Shown: positions 52,106 to 62,155 of the stretch, one piece after another
Position numbering within the stretch: the first letter of the stretch is position 1
Layout of the letters: every line of letters starts with the position of its first letter
Position numbers and translations under genes: made by a program
Assembly (NCBI GenBank): GCA_965372795.1
Contig: CBDVDR010000003.1
Location: 160,001 to 224,000, forward strand
Direction: 5' to 3'
Source of the DNA: an uncultured bacterium
GTDB lineage: Bacteria > Zixibacteria > MSB-5A5 > GN15 > FEB-12
Length of the DNA: 64,000 nucleotides
The notes under the pieces: generated by a model
What the model was told of the DNA's origin: nothing
The model's database searches: none
Seen by the model: the letters and a program-made list of their open reading frames with translations, nothing else

Positions 52106-52783
52106 ATGATTAAAATGACTAATGTTGTCAAAGCCTATCAAACCGGTGATGTAGAGTTTCGGGCTTTAAAAGGAATTGATCTTAATATAAAAAAAGGTGA
52201 GTTCACTGCGGTTGTTGGTCCATCGGGTTCCGGTAAATCTACTTTGATGAATATTCTCGGCTGTTTGGATGTACCCACCGGTGGAGAATATCTGCTTGAA
52301 GGGAAATCTGTAAACGGTTTGTCTTCTAATGAGCTGGCTGATGTCCGAAATAAAAAAATAGGTTTTGTTTTTCAGGCTTTTAATCTTCTGCCTTATGCTA
52401 CCGCTTTTGAAAATGTTGAAGTCCCGCTGTTGTTCTCCGGGATGAAAGGGAAGCAACGAAGAGAACGAGTGACCGAACTTCTCTCGCGGGTTGGTCTGGC
52501 TGATAAATTTAATAATAAGCCAACCGAGATGTCGGGCGGTGAGATGCAAAGAGTAGCGATTGCCAGAGCTTTAGCTAATGAGCCTGATATAATTCTTGCC
52601 GATGAACCGACGGGTAATCTGGATAGTAAATCAGGTGGTGAGATTGTAAAGATGTTTATTGAACTGTGGAAGATGGGAAAAACGATTTTAATTATTACTC
52701 ATGATATGAATATTGCAAATCAGACCGAACGGATTATAAAGTTGAAAGATGGTTTAATAGATACAAACGGTAATATGTTATAG
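52106..52783 (+). CDS. ABC ATP-binding protein (MacB/LolD-type)
   Basis: [13 protein letters not shown] and ADEPTGNLD. Confidence 0.95.
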   Translation: MIKMTNVVKAYQTGDVEFRALKGIDLNIKKGEFTAVVGPSGSGKSTLMNILGCLDVPTGGEYLLEGKSVNGLSSNELADVRNKKIGFVFQAFNLLPYATAFENVEVPLLFSGMKGKQRRERVTELLSRVGLADKFNNKPTEMSGGEMQRVAIARALANEPDIILADEPTGNLDSKSGGEIVKMFIELWKMGKTILIITHDMNIANQTERIIKLKDGLIDTNGNML

Positions 52784-52828
52784 TTTCCAAGAACTCACTT
52801 ATTACCGTCTGTTTTGTTCCCTTTTTTT

Positions 52829-52855
52829 AAAGCGGCAGAGAAATCTGCCGCTTTT
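52829..52855. terminator. Bidirectional terminator between convergent genes
   Basis: AAAGCGGCAGA-GAAA-TCTGCCGCTTTT. Confidence 0.85.
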
Positions 52856-52858
52856 GTT

Positions 52859-54796
52859 TTAGCGTTCGGCTCGTTGAGATTTGTATTCTGACGCTTTAGT
52901 TATCAATGATAATAATTCTATAGTTTCATTTGAGTCATTATCATCAAGCATCTTTTTAACTTCATCTTTAACATCCTGTAAACTTGAACCTTTCGCCCAG
53001 TAGGACTCTCTGAGAATTTCTGCAAATTCTGCGGCACAGGCTGCCAGTTTGAAGTCCGCTGAGGCTTCGTTGAATTCGCTGTATGTTACTTTATTAGAAA
53101 TCTCTCTGCTGATTTCGGTAACTTCCCCAAAGCTTGGGTCTTTGTAACGGACAAAGAGGGTACCCATAGGGGCATTGATCTTATTATGAGTCAGTTTTAT
53201 TTCATAAAGGGCGGTGACTTCATGTCCGGCGCCGATTTCTCCGCCGTCTTCGTCATCATCACGGAATTTATTATCGGCGACATCACGGTTTTCATAGCCG
53301 AGTAAGCGATAACTTCTGACAACCCGAGGGTCAAAAGCGATCTGTATTTTAACATCCCGGGCGATAACTTCTAATGTGCCGGTTAAGTTGTCGACAAAGA
53401 TTTTTTTGGCTTCATTCAGATTGTCAACATAGGCATAAAAGCCGTTTCCTTTGTTACCGAGTTTTTCCAAAAGAATATCATTGTAATTCCCCATGCCAAA
53501 GCCGACCGAGGTGAGAGTTATTCCTTTTTTGGCATATTCTTTGATACTTTTAAGGATGTCATCGGCTCCGGTGCGGCCAACATTGGCGACTCCATCGGAG
53601 CAGAGGATGATGCGATTGATTTTTTTAGGATCAAAATGACGATTAGCCATTTCATATCCTAATAATAAACCTTCTTCGGCATTGGTTGCACCTTCCGAGT
53701 GCAATGATTCGATGGCGGCTATAAGTTCATATTTGCTTTCTATAGATGTCATATCCAGAATTACTTGTCCGCGACTGCCATAGACAACGATTCCGATTTT
53801 ATCATTTTGGTTAAGTTCATCAAGCAAGAGCCTAAGGCTCTTTTTAACCAGACCAAGACGGTCTTCACGACTCATTGAACCAGAAACATCAATGACAAAA
53901 ACGAGATTAGCGGGTTTTCTGTTTTCGGGGCGAACTTCTTTCCCTTTGATGCCTACTTTGAGCAGATAACTGTTCTGTCCAAAAAGAGAGGGAGCAGTCT
54001 CCACAAAAAATTTGAAAGTTTTGTTTTTGGGAGCGAGGTAATTGTAATTAAAATGATTTACAAATTCTTCGGTGCGAACGGCCTCGTTGGGTGGGAGGGA
54101 GCCACGATTCAAATAAGACCTGGTCATTACATAGGAGGCATCATCAACATCAATAGCGAAAGTGGACAGGCTGTCATCTTCAACATCTACAAAGGGATTA
54201 ACGCCATAGTTTTTAAAAAACATAGCATCGTAAGCTTCACCATTGACAATCGAAGATCCACCATGGACAGGTGGGAAGCTGACTTGGGTTTCAAAGGCGT
54301 AGCCTCTTTTGTTATTTTTTACTTTTGATGCTGTTAGATTGGGAGTCTTATTAATGTAGAGTTGTACCTGAGATTGCTTTAAGTTAACTTGGTTTGATAC
54401 TTCAATCTTATCAACGACGTCTCTATCTGCGGTAACTTTATGAATCGTTTCAAGGTCGTCGGTTTTTTCAGGCAGCGTGATCTGGTTAAATTCTTTGGTC
54501 ATATTGGAATCGATCACAATATCTTTAATTTCAAAAGCGTTATAATCAAGATGAGTTATTCTTAAGGTGTATTTTCCGGGGATGACATTAATAATTTTAA
54601 ATTTGCCTTCAAAATCAGTTTGAGCTCCTTTATTGGTACCTACCAATATAACAGAAGCTCCGATAACCGGTTTATTGGTCTGCTGATTGATAATTTTGCC
54701 TGAAATAACAGAGTTTGTTTTGGCGTTCAAGATGAGGGCAATGATCAGGAGCAGGGCGGTTAATGTCATGTGAGGTAATAGTTTGCCTCTACGCAT
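52859..54796 (-). CDS. Secreted vWA domain protein (YfbK-like) with N-terminal carboxypeptidase-regulatory-like domain
   Basis: STFAIDVDDASY, MIDAS DVSGSM, SDGVANVG and YRLLGYENR; ATG 54796 preceded by GGAGG. Confidence 0.9.
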   Translation of the reverse strand: MRRGKLLPHMTLTALLLIIALILNAKTNSVISGKIINQQTNKPVIGASVILVGTNKGAQTDFEGKFKIINVIPGKYTLRITHLDYNAFEIKDIVIDSNMTKEFNQITLPEKTDDLETIHKVTADRDVVDKIEVSNQVNLKQSQVQLYINKTPNLTASKVKNNKRGYAFETQVSFPPVHGGSSIVNGEAYDAMFFKNYGVNPFVDVEDDSLSTFAIDVDDASYVMTRSYLNRGSLPPNEAVRTEEFVNHFNYNYLAPKNKTFKFFVETAPSLFGQNSYLLKVGIKGKEVRPENRKPANLVFVIDVSGSMSREDRLGLVKKSLRLLLDELNQNDKIGIVVYGSRGQVILDMTSIESKYELIAAIESLHSEGATNAEEGLLLGYEMANRHFDPKKINRIILCSDGVANVGRTGADDILKSIKEYAKKGITLTSVGFGMGNYNDILLEKLGNKGNGFYAYVDNLNEAKKIFVDNLTGTLEVIARDVKIQIAFDPRVVRSYRLLGYENRDVADNKFRDDDEDGGEIGAGHEVTALYEIKLTHNKINAPMGTLFVRYKDPSFGEVTEISREISNKVTYSEFNEASADFKLAACAAEFAEILRESYWAKGSSLQDVKDEVKKMLDDNDSNETIELLSLITKASEYKSQRAER

Positions 54797-54875
54797 AAGG
54801 CACCTCCAAAGTTTGGATTTTAATATGACTTCTGGAGGGGATACAATGTAAAGACGGATTACTTCCAAAATATGT

Positions 54876-54910
54876 AAAAAAAAAGCCGCCCTAAATTGGG
54901 CGGCTTTTTT
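54876..54910 (-). terminator. Intrinsic terminator after the M6 protease gene
   Basis: A9-GCCGCCC-TAAATT-GGGCGGC-T7. Confidence 0.88.
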
Positions 54911-54922
54911 AATATTGATTAA

Positions 54923-56989
54923 TTATTGGCAATTAGGAGGAGCGTCTCCAAAATTGAACATATATTCAACATAAAATGTTAAGTCGGATATTCCAACTTC
55001 AATATCGCCATTAATATCCATGTGGGTAGGACATCCGGAGCTTTCACCGCCGTCAAAGAGATAATCGACGATAAAGGTTAAATCAGAAATTTCGTGGGAT
55101 CCGTTTAAGTCGTTATCGCCTCGTAAGACACAACAGCAGGCATCACCGATATTATCATTATTGGAATCGATTTGATCAGGGTTATTAACAGTTGGACAAT
55201 TGTCATTAGAAGCGCAGAGTCCATCGGAATCCTGATCGTTATATTGGTCATTAGGGCAATCGTCCACATCGCCACAAATTCCATCACCATCAATATCATT
55301 GTCAAAATCGTTTGGACATGAGTCGCAAGAGTTTCCTATTCCATCGCCGTCAGTGTCGGTTTGATCCGGATTATAATCAGCGCTGCAATTATCGCACTCA
55401 TTACCGAATCCGTCTGTATCAAGATCATCTTGTGAAGGATTATAAACACCGGGGCAGTTATCTGTATAATCAGAAATACCATCGCCATCGCCATCAGCAA
55501 TATTAGGGCTTTCGATATAAAGATATAATCTGTCATCAACCATCGAATCAACTCGCACAAATATATTAGATGGTCCTCCATAGCCGTCCGAGCTTGGATA
55601 GGTTAGAGGTCCGAACTCTGATTGTCCGTCTACATCATCAGAAAACAGGGCACCTCTTCTGGTTTCATAAGGATACCACCATTGAGCGGAATCAGTTAGT
55701 CGCCCTTCGGGATTGGTCAGATAATTTCGACTGGGGTTGTATCCGGCATCTTCAACGGTAACTTTATAATTAGGGAGCCCTGGCCAACCATTATTTCTCC
55801 ACCCTCCGACTGAATCATGAATGTGAGTAATGAGAAGTCCTCTATCAAGGGTGTCAGATCCATGAGTCAAATCTGGCCAAAAGAAAGAACTAAAATCGGA
55901 ATCGACTTTACTAAATTGAGCCGTAGACCTGTGATTGCGATATTCAAGCAGGAAATACTCACCTTCTGCCGGATTTATCGGAAGGATATATAATGAACTG
56001 TCACTTCTGGTTTCAAGATTATAAAGAACAACATCACTCAAAGTGCCATTCAAAGCAATCGGCTCGACCCAGCCGAGATTCTTTTTAATCCATCCGCTAT
56101 GATGTGTTGGGTTATGTCCATATCCGCCAAGTGATAAAATACCATAGCCACCATATCCCATAAGGCACCAATCTACGAGAGGATGGTCATTTGCATCATT
56201 AGGAGTAGAGTAGGTTGCAGTATTAATTTTTTCATCATAATCATATAGATCAGGCATACCGAGATTATGAGTAAGTTCATGACAGAAAACTCTGATCCCG
56301 TTTAGAGTATCACCCCGAACTGCTGTTACAAAGTTTGAATCGCGAAGTTGTGCCATTTCGGGGGATGTATTCCACATTGAAACTGTTTTGCCATCAAATG
56401 GTCCCGGACCTTGACCGGGAGGGTAGGTGTAAGCATAAGACCAAATATCTAAGGGGTCATGAGTAAATTCCTGACCGGTGCCGGAGCGTAGAAAAACAAC
56501 GGCATCGACATCACCGTCGTTATTAGCATCATATTGAGAAAAATCAATAAAATTATCTAAAGCAGGAAGTATCGATTCAAAATCAAACCAGCCCTGATAA
56601 AAACCAGCGTCATACCAATCATAAACATCACCGGTCATTGTTAATTTACCATAGGATGATTCATAGAAGAAATCAGCAACTGAACCGCCCGGGTAAACAT
56701 TCCGGGAGAACAGCATACTGTCTAAGGTTTCCCTTGAATACGACCCCCGACGATTTTGCCAATCAACAAGCACAACAACCAGACGGAGAGTATCAGCTTC
56801 AAAACTATAAGACATAATTTTTGCTGAATCCGCAGCTGTCAGAGTTGATACAGGTATTCGCCCAATTTTTTGAGATAAATACTCCTGGGGAAGGTCATAG
56901 TAGATGCCTTTTGTAAAATCAGTGGCAACCACCGGTAAAGAAAGCAATAATAAAAGCACAACGATGCGGATAGTTTTAGCAAGACGCAT
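54923..56989 (-). CDS. Secreted M6 (immune inhibitor A-like) metalloprotease with TSP3 Ca-binding repeats and dockerin-like C-terminal domain
   Basis: HELTHNLGMPDLYD, W.LMG.G and EYFLLEYR; repeated DGDGIGD.CDNCP units; RGD...ISDLTF.VDYLF duplicated motif. Confidence 0.9.
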   Translation of the reverse strand: MRLAKTIRIVVLLLLLSLPVVATDFTKGIYYDLPQEYLSQKIGRIPVSTLTAADSAKIMSYSFEADTLRLVVVLVDWQNRRGSYSRETLDSMLFSRNVYPGGSVADFFYESSYGKLTMTGDVYDWYDAGFYQGWFDFESILPALDNFIDFSQYDANNDGDVDAVVFLRSGTGQEFTHDPLDIWSYAYTYPPGQGPGPFDGKTVSMWNTSPEMAQLRDSNFVTAVRGDTLNGIRVFCHELTHNLGMPDLYDYDEKINTATYSTPNDANDHPLVDWCLMGYGGYGILSLGGYGHNPTHHSGWIKKNLGWVEPIALNGTLSDVVLYNLETRSDSSLYILPINPAEGEYFLLEYRNHRSTAQFSKVDSDFSSFFWPDLTHGSDTLDRGLLITHIHDSVGGWRNNGWPGLPNYKVTVEDAGYNPSRNYLTNPEGRLTDSAQWWYPYETRRGALFSDDVDGQSEFGPLTYPSSDGYGGPSNIFVRVDSMVDDRLYLYIESPNIADGDGDGISDYTDNCPGVYNPSQDDLDTDGFGNECDNCSADYNPDQTDTDGDGIGNSCDSCPNDFDNDIDGDGICGDVDDCPNDQYNDQDSDGLCASNDNCPTVNNPDQIDSNNDNIGDACCCVLRGDNDLNGSHEISDLTFIVDYLFDGGESSGCPTHMDINGDIEVGISDLTFYVEYMFNFGDAPPNCQ

Positions 56990-57094
56990 ATTTTGCTCCT
57001 TAGAAAAAATTAAAAAACGAAAAATGGGTAAGACAGTATAAATATACTCAAGTTGTCTGATTTGTCAACAATGTAAAAAGTGTTCAATACTTAT

Positions 57095-57126
57095 AAAAAA
57101 ACCCGGTTAAAAAAAACCGGGTTTTT
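57095..57126 (-). terminator. Intrinsic terminator after the porin gene
   Basis: A-run, CCCGGTT...AACCGGG stem, T-run. Confidence 0.8.
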
Positions 57127-57147
57127 AAAATTATTGTGATATTCTTT

Positions 57148-58203
57148 TTAGAAATCAACAACGGTATTTAAATAGAGGAAACTTTCAGAGTCTTTGCCAT
57201 CTTCTTGATAGCTCAAGTTTCGGTAGTTTATTGCAGCTTTGAAACCTTTAACCGGACTACATTCCAACCCAAAGATTAACAATGAATTTCCATCATCTTC
57301 GGTGTCAGTGTCAGGATCGGTAATATCAAATCTTCCAAAAAGACTTAAGGTACGAAGTCCCGGGCTGTTGGCGACGAGTTCTTCAAAATAAAGAGTTCCA
57401 AAGAATGACATAGTGCGTTCTTTAAGATCATCAGTTCCAGCACCCTGACCGAGAGTTCTGAAGTTAAAATCGGTACCAAAGTTGAAAGTTTTGCGATAAA
57501 CAAGATTACCGGCTACTGAGAAGATTTGATTTTTCCAATCACTGGCTTCTTCGGGATCAGCAATTACTTCATTCTGAGTTCCCATATAGAACTGACCAAA
57601 GAGAGAACTCTTGGCAAAATCTTCGTTATTTCTCAGAGGTTTAATATGTGCAAAAATGTTGATATCTTTATTTTTATTAAGTTCTTCAACATCTGTATAA
57701 GAAGTTCCATTCAAAAAGGCGATACCGATTTTGCAGGGATTATTGCCATCAGATAAATAGTAACTCATGGAAAAACCAAGATCAGAGGGTGGCAGGAAAT
57801 GGGCCAGATCACTTGCTGTTTTACTTACATAGCGATGCCCCCAATATTTATTTATGTAACTGATATAAAATGTCGGTTGGAGACCAAAGCGGAAACTAAC
57901 CTTGTCATTACCAAATGACGGTTTCCAGTCGAAGAATCCATATTTAATGATAACACCATAGCCATCATAACCATTGATATTTCTTAAGTCGGCTGTAATA
58001 TTAACAGATGTTCTTTCCGACAGTTTAGACTTTAGCTTAATATATGTTCTACTCAATCCAAATTCATTAGCACTTTCAGCACCATCGGTCATGTCCATCA
58101 TCCAATGAGCATACAAACGGCCTTTCACAGTTGTTTCAGATGCTGATACGGTAAATGCTAAAACACTTAAAATCAGCATTGTGAGGATTATGATTTTCTT
58201 CAT
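57148..58203 (-). CDS. Outer-membrane porin-like beta-barrel (OprO/P-like)
   Basis: Signal peptide, F.L.RTY, KYG..D, DLG and NG.SY motifs; C-terminal Phe. Confidence 0.7.
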   Translation of the reverse strand: MKKIIILTMLILSVLAFTVSASETTVKGRLYAHWMMDMTDGAESANEFGLSRTYIKLKSKLSERTSVNITADLRNINGYDGYGVIIKYGFFDWKPSFGNDKVSFRFGLQPTFYISYINKYWGHRYVSKTASDLAHFLPPSDLGFSMSYYLSDGNNPCKIGIAFLNGTSYTDVEELNKNKDINIFAHIKPLRNNEDFAKSSLFGQFYMGTQNEVIADPEEASDWKNQIFSVAGNLVYRKTFNFGTDFNFRTLGQGAGTDDLKERTMSFFGTLYFEELVANSPGLRTLSLFGRFDITDPDTDTEDDGNSLLIFGLECSPVKGFKAAINYRNLSYQEDGKDSESFLYLNTVVDF

Positions 58204-58423
58204 AAAAAAACTCCTTTTGTTAGTTAATGTATCATCAAATTTAATGACTTCTAAGATATTATCATCTTAAAGTATGAATTTGATATTATTTTGAGTTTTA
58301 ATGCAAGTTTAAAAGTTGATAAAAGAAAAAAAAGTTAATATTAAAATTTTTTCTTTCTTGAATTTATCAACATACTACAATATTTTGTTACTATAAAGTT
58401 CATAACTACAAAATGAGGTATAT

Positions 58424-59653
58424 GTGTTAAATATTGTCACTGAGTATTTAATTTCTTTTGGAGTATCAACTGAAATTGCAAATCCATTAAGTTGGATAAT
58501 TATCATTGTATTAATTGGCATTGTCGCCTCAGTTTTATACTTTATATCAAAAAGAATTTTATTAACGGTTATTCATTTGTTCGTCAAAAAAAGTCGGACG
58601 AATTGGGATGATGTTCTTGCTGATAGAAATGTTTTCACCCGTTTATCACATCTTGTACCAGCCCTTGTTATTTATGCAATGTCTCCGGCGTTACCTCAAA
58701 TAGAATCTTTATTACAACAATTATCCTTAGCTTATATGATGATTGTCGGGTTGGGGGTTTGGAGCGGATTTCTCAGCGCTGTGGTTGATATATATCAGAC
58801 CTACGAAGTGTCAAAAGAAAGGCCGATCAAAGGTTTTATTCAGGTCATCAAAATTATTTCATTCGTTGTGGTCGGCATTATTATTATTGCCTCTATGATT
58901 AATCGTTCACCCTGGGCCTTGATAAGCGGTCTGGGTGCCTTATCAGCAGTTTTAATTTTAGTCTTTAAAGACAGCATTCTCGGGTTGGTTGCAGGGATTC
59001 AATTATCGGCTAATGATATGATTCGACGAGGCGATTGGATTGAAATGCCCAAGTATGGCGCCGATGGTGATGTGATAGATGTAACCTTAAATACGGTAAA
59101 AATTCAAAACTGGGATAAGACGATTGTCACGATTCCGGCTTATTCTTTCATTTCAGATTCTTTCAAAAACTGGCGCGGGATGTCAGAATCGAATGGAAGA
59201 CGCATCAAGCGTAAAATTTATATCGACATGAATACAGTTAAGTTTTGCAGTGATGAAATGATTAAGAAATTTGAAAAGATAAAATTTCTAAAAGAGTATG
59301 TAATCAAAAAGAATGAGGAATTATCAAAATATAACCGGGATCAAAATATTGATGAATCTGTATTAGTTAATGGAAGGCGCATGACCAATGTTGGAACCTT
59401 CCGTGCTTATCTGGTCAACTATTTAAGAAACCATTCTAAGGTAGAGCAGAACATGACATTTTTGGTCAGATATTTGCAACCGGATGAAAAAGGGCTGCCA
59501 ATTGAAATTTATATTTTTTGTAATGATCAAGAATGGGCATCTTATGAAGATATTCAGGCAGATATATTAGATCATATTATTGCCGTAATTCCGGAATTTG
59601 AATTGCGAATATTCCAAAACCCGTCCGGTAATGATTTTAGAAAAATAATTTAG
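58424..59653 (+). CDS. Mechanosensitive channel MscS family (YbdG-like)
   Basis: GDWIEMPKYGADG, NWDKT, NWRGM..S.GRRIKR and FQNPSG.D. Confidence 0.93.
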   Translation: MLNIVTEYLISFGVSTEIANPLSWIIIIVLIGIVASVLYFISKRILLTVIHLFVKKSRTNWDDVLADRNVFTRLSHLVPALVIYAMSPALPQIESLLQQLSLAYMMIVGLGVWSGFLSAVVDIYQTYEVSKERPIKGFIQVIKIISFVVVGIIIIASMINRSPWALISGLGALSAVLILVFKDSILGLVAGIQLSANDMIRRGDWIEMPKYGADGDVIDVTLNTVKIQNWDKTIVTIPAYSFISDSFKNWRGMSESNGRRIKRKIYIDMNTVKFCSDEMIKKFEKIKFLKEYVIKKNEELSKYNRDQNIDESVLVNGRRMTNVGTFRAYLVNYLRNHSKVEQNMTFLVRYLQPDEKGLPIEIYIFCNDQEWASYEDIQADILDHIIAVIPEFELRIFQNPSGNDFRKII

Positions 59654-59662
59654 GAGATTAAA

Positions 59663-60052
59663 TTATTTTTTGTAATCCCGTTTTACAGTTGTTTGAATAC
59701 CGCCACGGGAATTAAAAATACCTTGAAGGGTAGCCTGTCGCGGCTTGATCGTTTTAATAATATCATCTAAAACGCGATTGATTACATTTTCGTGGAAGAT
59801 TCCCTTGTTGCGATATTCCAGCAGATATTCTTTGAAGCTTTTGAGTTCAATACAGTTAACATCCGGGGTGTAGGTCAAAATCAAAATTGCAAAATCGGGT
59901 AGTCCGGTTTTGGGGCAAATGCAGGAAAATTCATTAACGGACATCTTGATTTCATAATCCCGGTCAGGATAGATATTATTAAAGGTTTCGATTTCAGGAG
60001 TTTTCCAGTCCCTGATATCCTCCTGTTTACCTTCATATTGAGAATCTGTCAT
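59663..60052 (-). CDS. queF: NADPH-dependent 7-cyano-7-deazaguanine reductase (unimodular)
   Basis: CPKTGLPDFA, ELKSFKEY, HE and RGGI motifs. Confidence 0.95.
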   Translation of the reverse strand: MTDSQYEGKQEDIRDWKTPEIETFNNIYPDRDYEIKMSVNEFSCICPKTGLPDFAILILTYTPDVNCIELKSFKEYLLEYRNKGIFHENVINRVLDDIIKTIKPRQATLQGIFNSRGGIQTTVKRDYKK

Positions 60053-60237
60053 ATTTTTTTGCCTTTTATATTACTGAATTTCACTTATATCAAACTAACA
60101 ATGATAGCCTGTGTGAAAATATAGGGTGTCGAGTGAAATTTGGCAATTATTTACAATAATAAAATGGATTCTGAATATTTGCATATATTCTAATTAAATG
60201 TATATTGTGGGGCTATAATAAGTAAGGAATTTAGAAA

Positions 60238-60948
60238 TTGGATAAATTGAGTAAAAAAGCGGTAGTTCTTCTAAGCGGAGGGATAGACTCCTATACAACC
60301 GCAGCGATGGCGAAAGAGTCGGGATATGAAATTTATGCCATTAGTTTTGATTATAACCAACGGCATAGATATGAGCTTAAGTCAGCCGGGAAAATAGCCG
60401 AAAATTTGGGAGTTAAAAAACATCTGTCTCAGAATTTAGATTTGAGAAAGATTGGCGGTTCGGCTTTAACTGATGATATTGAGGTTCCTAAACAAGTTTC
60501 AATCGAAGATATCGGCGATGAGATTCCTATTACTTATGTACCGGCAAGAAATACTATATTCCTTTCAGTTGCATTAGGCTGGGCTGAGTCACTTGGGGTT
60601 TACGATATTTTCATCGGAGCAAATGCGCTTGACTATTCAGGATATCCTGATTGCCGTCCGGAATATTTAAAATCATTTGAAGCAATGGCAAACCTTGCGA
60701 CCAAAGCCGGAGTGGAAGGTAATCGGATTACAATTCATGCGCCCCTGCTTGAACTTTCCAAAGCAGATATTATAAAAAAAGGATTGGAACTTGGGTTGGA
60801 TTATTCCTTGAGTTTCAGCTGTTATGATCCCGGAGATAATGGTGATGCCTGCGGTGAATGTGAAAGTTGTCAATTACGGCACAGAGGATTTATCCGAGCC
60901 GGGGTTGCCGATCCTACTATTTACAAAAACAAATCAGAGTTATCGTAG
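60238..60948 (+). CDS. queC: 7-cyano-7-deazaguanine synthase
   Basis: SGGIDS, YVPARN, GYPDCR and SCY...CGECESC. Confidence 0.97.
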   Translation: MDKLSKKAVVLLSGGIDSYTTAAMAKESGYEIYAISFDYNQRHRYELKSAGKIAENLGVKKHLSQNLDLRKIGGSALTDDIEVPKQVSIEDIGDEIPITYVPARNTIFLSVALGWAESLGVYDIFIGANALDYSGYPDCRPEYLKSFEAMANLATKAGVEGNRITIHAPLLELSKADIIKKGLELGLDYSLSFSCYDPGDNGDACGECESCQLRHRGFIRAGVADPTIYKNKSELS

Positions 60949-60950
60949 TT

Positions 60951-61700
60951 ATGCAATATAAACCTAATCTTGAATCAGTCCCAGAAATAGAAAAGGGAAT
61001 GTTACCGGTTACGGAGATTTTTTATTCACTTCAAGGTGAGGGACGTCATAGCGGATATCCATCAATTTTTATCAGACTAAAGTATTGTAATTTGGGCTGC
61101 TCCTGGTGCGATACCCGTTTTACATGGGACAAAAAGTTAATTGAGCCGGGAGAATTATTGTCTAATGATGATATCCTGACTAAAGCATTAAAAATTTTGG
61201 AGCCAGTCGGTTTAGAAGTTGGGAAAGTTCGGGTTGTGTTGACCGGCGGTGAGCCGATGCTTCATCAGGAGAAATTGCCCGATTTGATCAGACATTTTAA
61301 AGATGTCGGATTTGAATTATTTGATGTTGAAACTAATGGTATGTTTAAACCCAATTCGGAGCTGCTGGAGCTGGTCAGTTGGTGGAACTGTTCGCCCAAA
61401 CTTGCCAATAACGGAATTGACATATCTGAGAGTTTTGTTGCTGAAGCGCTTGAAATGATTTCTAAGAGCAGCAAAGCAGATTTTAAATTTGTAGTAAAAA
61501 ATCTGGCTGATATAGATGAGATTGAAGAGAGGTTTTTACCGGCTATCAGAACTGATCAAATAATGCTTATGCCGGAAGGCTGGACCCAGAAAAAGCAATT
61601 GGAAAGTATGTCCTGGGTATTAGAAGAATGTACAAAGAGAGGGTTTCGCTTTTCACCCAGATTACATATATTGGTCTGGAATAATGAACGAGCGAGATAA
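60951..61700 (+). CDS. queE: 7-carboxy-7-deazaguanine synthase (radical SAM)
   Basis: EIFYSLQGEG, CNLGCSWCDT, TGGEP, ETNG, SPK and RLH; ATG 60951. Confidence 0.95.
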   Translation: MQYKPNLESVPEIEKGMLPVTEIFYSLQGEGRHSGYPSIFIRLKYCNLGCSWCDTRFTWDKKLIEPGELLSNDDILTKALKILEPVGLEVGKVRVVLTGGEPMLHQEKLPDLIRHFKDVGFELFDVETNGMFKPNSELLELVSWWNCSPKLANNGIDISESFVAEALEMISKSSKADFKFVVKNLADIDEIEERFLPAIRTDQIMLMPEGWTQKKQLESMSWVLEECTKRGFRFSPRLHILVWNNERAR

Positions 61701-61711
61701 CGAGTAAGGTT

Positions 61712-62074
61712 ATGAAAGTAAAATTAACAAAAATGTTTCGGTTTGAGGCTTCCCATTGCCTCGACCATCTTCCAAAAAGTCATCCCTGTTATAAACTGCA
61801 TGGGCATAGTTATAAAATAGTTGTGGAAGTTTATGGTGAAGTTGACACGGTAACCGGATTTTTGATTGACTATGGTGATTTGAAAAAAATAGTTCAGCCG
61901 ATCATTAATCGGCTTGATCATAAACATTTGAATGAAATTGAGGATTTACATTATACTTCCTCAGAATATCTTGCCAAATGGCTTTGGGATAAAATTAAAC
62001 CGCAAATTTCGGTCTTGAATCGGATATTGGTTTATGAAACCGAATCAACCAGTTGTGAATATTCCGGTGAGTGA
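61712..62074 (+). CDS. queD: 6-carboxytetrahydropterin synthase
   Basis: FEASH, C..LHGHSY, LDH..LN and E-T motifs. Confidence 0.95.
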   Translation: MKVKLTKMFRFEASHCLDHLPKSHPCYKLHGHSYKIVVEVYGEVDTVTGFLIDYGDLKKIVQPIINRLDHKHLNEIEDLHYTSSEYLAKWLWDKIKPQISVLNRILVYETESTSCEYSGE

Positions 62075-62155
62075 TTAAGTCAAATTTTGCTTCCACTAAC
62101 AATCTTTTATTAGTATTTTCATCATTAAATAAATTATTAGTTTCTGGAATCAATA

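Noticed and set aside
60053..60237. preQ1 riboswitch between queF and queC
   Set aside because: No recognisable P1 stem with an A-rich 3' tail on either strand, only an AATTTCACT/AGTGAAATT inverted repeat. An Infernal search would settle it.
59663..62074. Dpd-type DNA 7-deazaguanine modification island
   Set aside because: Includes queF, lacks dpdA/tgt-like genes and sits in housekeeping context, consistent with ordinary queuosine synthesis.
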